IMG/VR virus record: IMGVR_UViG_3300043602_000067
Location: 1 to 58,324 of that record
DNA from: a virus
Lineage: Duplodnaviria; Caudoviricetes
DNA: 58,324 nt
Reading direction: 5' to 3' (one strand)
The notes under the pieces are model-generated. The model was given only the letters and a program-made list of their open reading frames with translations. It made no database searches and was not told where the DNA came from. Shown here piece by piece: positions 55,284 to 58,324 of the stretch. The position numbers and the translations under genes are program-made. Each line of letters opens with the position of its first letter. The stretch's first letter is position 1.

Positions 55284-55537
55284 CAGGTAGTCCCCGAGAA
55301 CTTGCCGGTACGTGACGGTGACATCTGATCGAGGTCGGCGGGATCAGTATGCACGTAGCCTGCGAGTTTATTAGCAACCTCGAAGTCGAGCGTCTTGACG
55401 GTGACCCAAAAGGTCATGTCGTCGTACTTCTGGAGAAGCCAAACACCATCTCTACTCTGCTCGAAGTCGAGAGGCCCATGAACTATTGGGTTAGGCGCAA
55501 GCAATCGCGCTAGCCGCCACCGCAGTCGTCTAATCAT
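55283..55537 (-). CDS. Hypothetical protein
   Basis: TGATG overlaps. Confidence 0.5.
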   Translation of the reverse strand: MIRRLRWRLARLLAPNPIVHGPLDFEQSRDGVWLLQKYDDMTFWVTVKTLDFEVANKLAGYVHTDPADLDQMSPSRTGKFSGTT

Positions 55538-55761
55538 CAGTCGCGGAACCCCGCGGCGACCTTGCGGATGTCGTCCTCGGCACGCAGTGCTGCCTCGACC
55601 TTCTCGAAGAACTCGTCCTTGGACATGCCCGTGGCAGCCAGCATCAGCCCGACCAGCGTGTCGAATTCCATCTGGCGGGCGAGCGGTGGGCCGTACTCGT
55701 TGTAGTACGCCTGGCGCCTGTTCTTGATACGTGGTTGTGGAAGTACGAGGTCGTCCATCAC
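55537..55761 (-). CDS. Hypothetical protein
   Basis: GAGGAG RBS, overlaps. Confidence 0.5.
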   Translation of the reverse strand: MMDDLVLPQPRIKNRRQAYYNEYGPPLARQMEFDTLVGLMLAATGMSKDEFFEKVEAALRAEDDIRKVAAGFRD

Positions 55762-56030
55762 TCCTCTTTCTGGGAGATCATCTTCTCGTTCAACCAGTCC
55801 CGCAGCAGGCAGGCCGTGTAGTTGTCGAGGACGGTCTTCTTGCCGTTGATGCTTATCTGCAGGCGGTGGTACGGGTGTTCCGTCAGGATGCCTATTGGCT
55901 GCAGCTCTAACTTGATCTCCGGGTATCCGTTCTCGCGGTCGATCATCGCCCCTTCGAGGTCCAGATGCTCGGTCGTGTATGAGATACCGGCATCTGCTGT
56001 TGGAATGGTCATAGGCATACCTCCTTTCAC
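55758..56030 (-). CDS. Hypothetical protein
   Basis: AAGGAGG RBS suggests start at the internal ATG near 56018. Confidence 0.55.
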   Translation of the reverse strand: MKGGMPMTIPTADAGISYTTEHLDLEGAMIDRENGYPEIKLELQPIGILTEHPYHRLQISINGKKTVLDNYTACLLRDWLNEKMISQKEE

Positions 56031-56068
56031 CTGATCTGAGTGGCGCTCAGAACCTACAGTGTAGCGCT

Positions 56069-57640
56069 TCAGTCGGTGGCGTCAAGTAGCGATCTGGGGT
56101 TGTGGATGATGGCCTCGGCCATCTCGCTGCGCTCGTCCATGACGCGCCGCTGGATGATGTCGATCGTCCTCGTGGCGAGTAACCGGTAGATGCCCAGTGG
56201 CCGATGCAGCCGCGGGTTCAGGGTGCGCTCGCATGCTTGGATGTACTCGGCCCAGTTGTATCCCAGCGAGTAGAAGATGGACAGTCGAGCTGCACTGAGA
56301 TCGATGCCCAGCGAGCCGCTCTGCATCTGGGCGATGAACACGGGCACAGAGGGGGAGGTCTGGAACCGGGCGATGTTCGCCGTCCTGTCCTTGGGCTTCG
56401 TCTCGCCGGTTAGCATGGCGTGGTCTAGCTTGCGCGTAGCCAGCGCCTCACTCAGCCGGTGGTAGTCGTGGACGAAACGACAGAACAGCACGACCTTCTC
56501 GTCCTGCTCGACGATGTTCTCGATCAACTCCATGCACGCCCGCAGCTTGCTGTCGTCAATGTCTACCTCGACGCCCAGCTCATCCTTGATGAAGCCGCTG
56601 GTGATCTGGCTGAGGCGCACCAGCTTGGTGAGCACGTTGGTTGCCAGCGCTGTCTTGGTGCCGCTCAGGTGCTCGAACTCGACGATCAGCTCCTTCGCCA
56701 TCTCGTCATAGATACGCCTGGCTTTGGGGGATAGCGTGACCTTGATGTCCTGCGGCGGCATGCGCTCGGGCAGGTCGGGGAACGCATCCGCGAGGGTGAT
56801 GGCGTACGAGTGGGCACGTATGCGCTCGGTCAGCTCGGGCATGTTCCTGTAGTGGCTGACCTCGTACAAATCCGGTGCGTGTCTCGACGGCACCCACGTG
56901 GCGTAGTGGTCAGCGAAGCCCTCACACGTCTCGTCGTGCTCGTGGATGCGCCCGGTGCCTGAGTCCTTCTTCCAGCAGCGCCACTTGGTCTGCTCGAATA
57001 CCTCGCTGTCAGCGAAGCGGAACAGGCCGTAGGCATCTAGCGGCCACTTGGTTATCGGCGTGCCGGTCAGTGCCAGCCGCATCGGTGCTGCCTTGCCCAG
57101 CCTGTTCAGTGCCATGCTCTGGCGGCTGGTGTACTGCTTGATCTTGTGCGCCTCGTCGGCCACCACCAGGTCCGGCTTCCAGTGGGCGATGATCTCGTCG
57201 AGTGGCACCTTGCGCTCGCCACCTCGTGGACCATGCTCCACGACCGGGCGCCACACCATCTCGTAGTTGACCAGCACCCAGTGGATGCCCTCGCCGGGAA
57301 AGCTATCATCCTGACCAGCTTCCACCATCTCGCGCATGAACTCCGCGTTCTTCACCGTGGAGTTACGCAACTGGCTGACCACGTAAGAGACAGGTGAGTG
57401 CTTGCCTATCTCGCTCTGCCACACGTCGAGCGCCACTATCGGCGCGACGATCAGCACTCGGCGCAGGCCAAGGTTGTGGTAGGCGATGCCTGCCCAGTCC
57501 ACGATCACCTTCGTCTTGCCGGTGCGCATGGGCATGAACAGCCCACCCTTGCCACCGAGCTTGGCCAACTTCCCGAGCGCTCGCTTCTGGTGGCTGTACG
57601 GCTCCGTCTTGTACGTGTAGCGGAGCGGGCTACTCGTCAC
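56069..57640 (-). CDS. SNF2-family helicase
   Basis: PYSHQ, MRTGKT, DEAHKIK, LTGTP, KVVLFCRF, GSLGIDL. Confidence 0.9.
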   Translation of the reverse strand: MTSSPLRYTYKTEPYSHQKRALGKLAKLGGKGGLFMPMRTGKTKVIVDWAGIAYHNLGLRRVLIVAPIVALDVWQSEIGKHSPVSYVVSQLRNSTVKNAEFMREMVEAGQDDSFPGEGIHWVLVNYEMVWRPVVEHGPRGGERKVPLDEIIAHWKPDLVVADEAHKIKQYTSRQSMALNRLGKAAPMRLALTGTPITKWPLDAYGLFRFADSEVFEQTKWRCWKKDSGTGRIHEHDETCEGFADHYATWVPSRHAPDLYEVSHYRNMPELTERIRAHSYAITLADAFPDLPERMPPQDIKVTLSPKARRIYDEMAKELIVEFEHLSGTKTALATNVLTKLVRLSQITSGFIKDELGVEVDIDDSKLRACMELIENIVEQDEKVVLFCRFVHDYHRLSEALATRKLDHAMLTGETKPKDRTANIARFQTSPSVPVFIAQMQSGSLGIDLSAARLSIFYSLGYNWAEYIQACERTLNPRLHRPLGIYRLLATRTIDIIQRRVMDERSEMAEAIIHNPRSLLDATD

Positions 57641-57929
57641 CCAGCATCTCCTCTATCTCCCTCGCCTTCCACCACTGCTGGCCGTCAGGCTCGTGCGTGC
57701 GCTCAGTCCAGCGCTCCCTCTTGGCGATGAGCCGAATGGCCTCGGGCGTCACGTTGTACTGCTCGGCCAGCTCCGCTGTCGTCCAAGGCACCGTCATGGA
57801 GTCCACGCGGCGCCGTATCTCCTTGATCTGATCGTCGGTCAGCTTGCGTGTATGCGGCAGCCTGCCCTGCGTCTGTTCGATCAGCTCCCGCTCGCGCGGT
57901 GTCCAGTCTCTAGGCAGGCGCGATACCAA
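57630..57929 (-). CDS. HTH protein
   Basis: KLTDDQIKEIRRR...ELAEQYNVTPEAIRLIAKRERW; start uncertain. Confidence 0.6.
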   Translation of the reverse strand: MVSRLPRDWTPRERELIEQTQGRLPHTRKLTDDQIKEIRRRVDSMTVPWTTAELAEQYNVTPEAIRLIAKRERWTERTHEPDGQQWWKAREIEEMLGDE

Positions 57930-58324
57930 GGACTGCGCGCTCCAATGGGGTGAGATCCCAGACCGCCAGCACTGCGTACAGGTCACCACCGAGAGGCTTC
58001 AGCAAGGCCGGATCACCAACTCGCCGGGTAGTGCGTGGCTGGCGCCACGTTGCCTCGAAGAGCGTGGCGTAGTTAGACAGGTCGTGCCCCGGTCGGAGGT
58101 GGGCGGGCACAGAGGGCACGTCTGCGATCAGCCCAGTCCAGTCCTGCTCGATCCTTGTGCGCGCCCAGCCGTTCGGTCCACGTACGGTAAACCGCTTCGA
58201 CGCAGCGCGATTGTTGTCGCGCCAGTTGCCTTCGGGGCCGTAGACAGCCTGTGCGCCTTCCCATGTGATGTGCACCAGCGTCTGGTCGGCGCGTGCAACG
58301 GCCAGTCGCGGTTGTCGATCGACG
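57910..58324 (-). CDS. Conserved phage hypothetical protein, 5' end outside the window
   Basis: DPALLK.LGGDLYAVLAVWDLTPLERAVL C-terminus; frame open to the window edge. Confidence 0.65.
   Translation of the reverse strand, partial: VDRQPRLAVARADQTLVHITWEGAQAVYGPEGNWRDNNRAASKRFTVRGPNGWARTRIEQDWTGLIADVPSVPAHLRPGHDLSNYATLFEATWRQPRTTRRVGDPALLKPLGGDLYAVLAVWDLTPLERAVLGIAPA

Noticed and set aside
1-58324. Window being a complete circular genome joined end to start
   Set aside because: The minus-strand ORF leaving position 1 (primase) and the one entering at 58324 are different proteins and are not in frame, so sequence is missing between them

Overview
The window is most of a GC-rich tailed dsDNA phage genome of siphovirus type (tape measure present, no sheath). 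ORFs are truncated at both ends, and no integrase or host genes are visible. Layout: (1) 1-610, start of a leftward replication operon (HTH, RepB-type primase); (2) 890-16400, rightward early/accessory genes (C5 DNA methylase, RuvB-like ATPase, AAA_25 helicase followed by origin-like repeats, a compositionally odd block at 7.3-10 kb, a tRNA-like element, a secreted sulfatase, many small ORFs); (3) 16360-48525, packaging, head, a large multi-domain glycosyltransferase, accessory fibre genes, tail, two peptidases and a holin; (4) 48540-58324, leftward replication/recombination genes (VRR-NUC, SSB-like, Sak4-like ATPase, MT-A70 methylase, PD-(D/E)XK nuclease, EndoVII, UDG-PolA fusion, SNF2 helicase). 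Three signals stand out: a promoter-driven, heavily base-paired ~360-nt candidate ncRNA between the large terminase and portal genes, followed by a leader-peptide/hairpin switch; a tail-tip gene apparently split into three pieces by two inserted fibre cassettes; and a 71-nt tRNA-Ala/tmRNA-like mimic. All protein calls come from motif recognition by eye; no searches were run.
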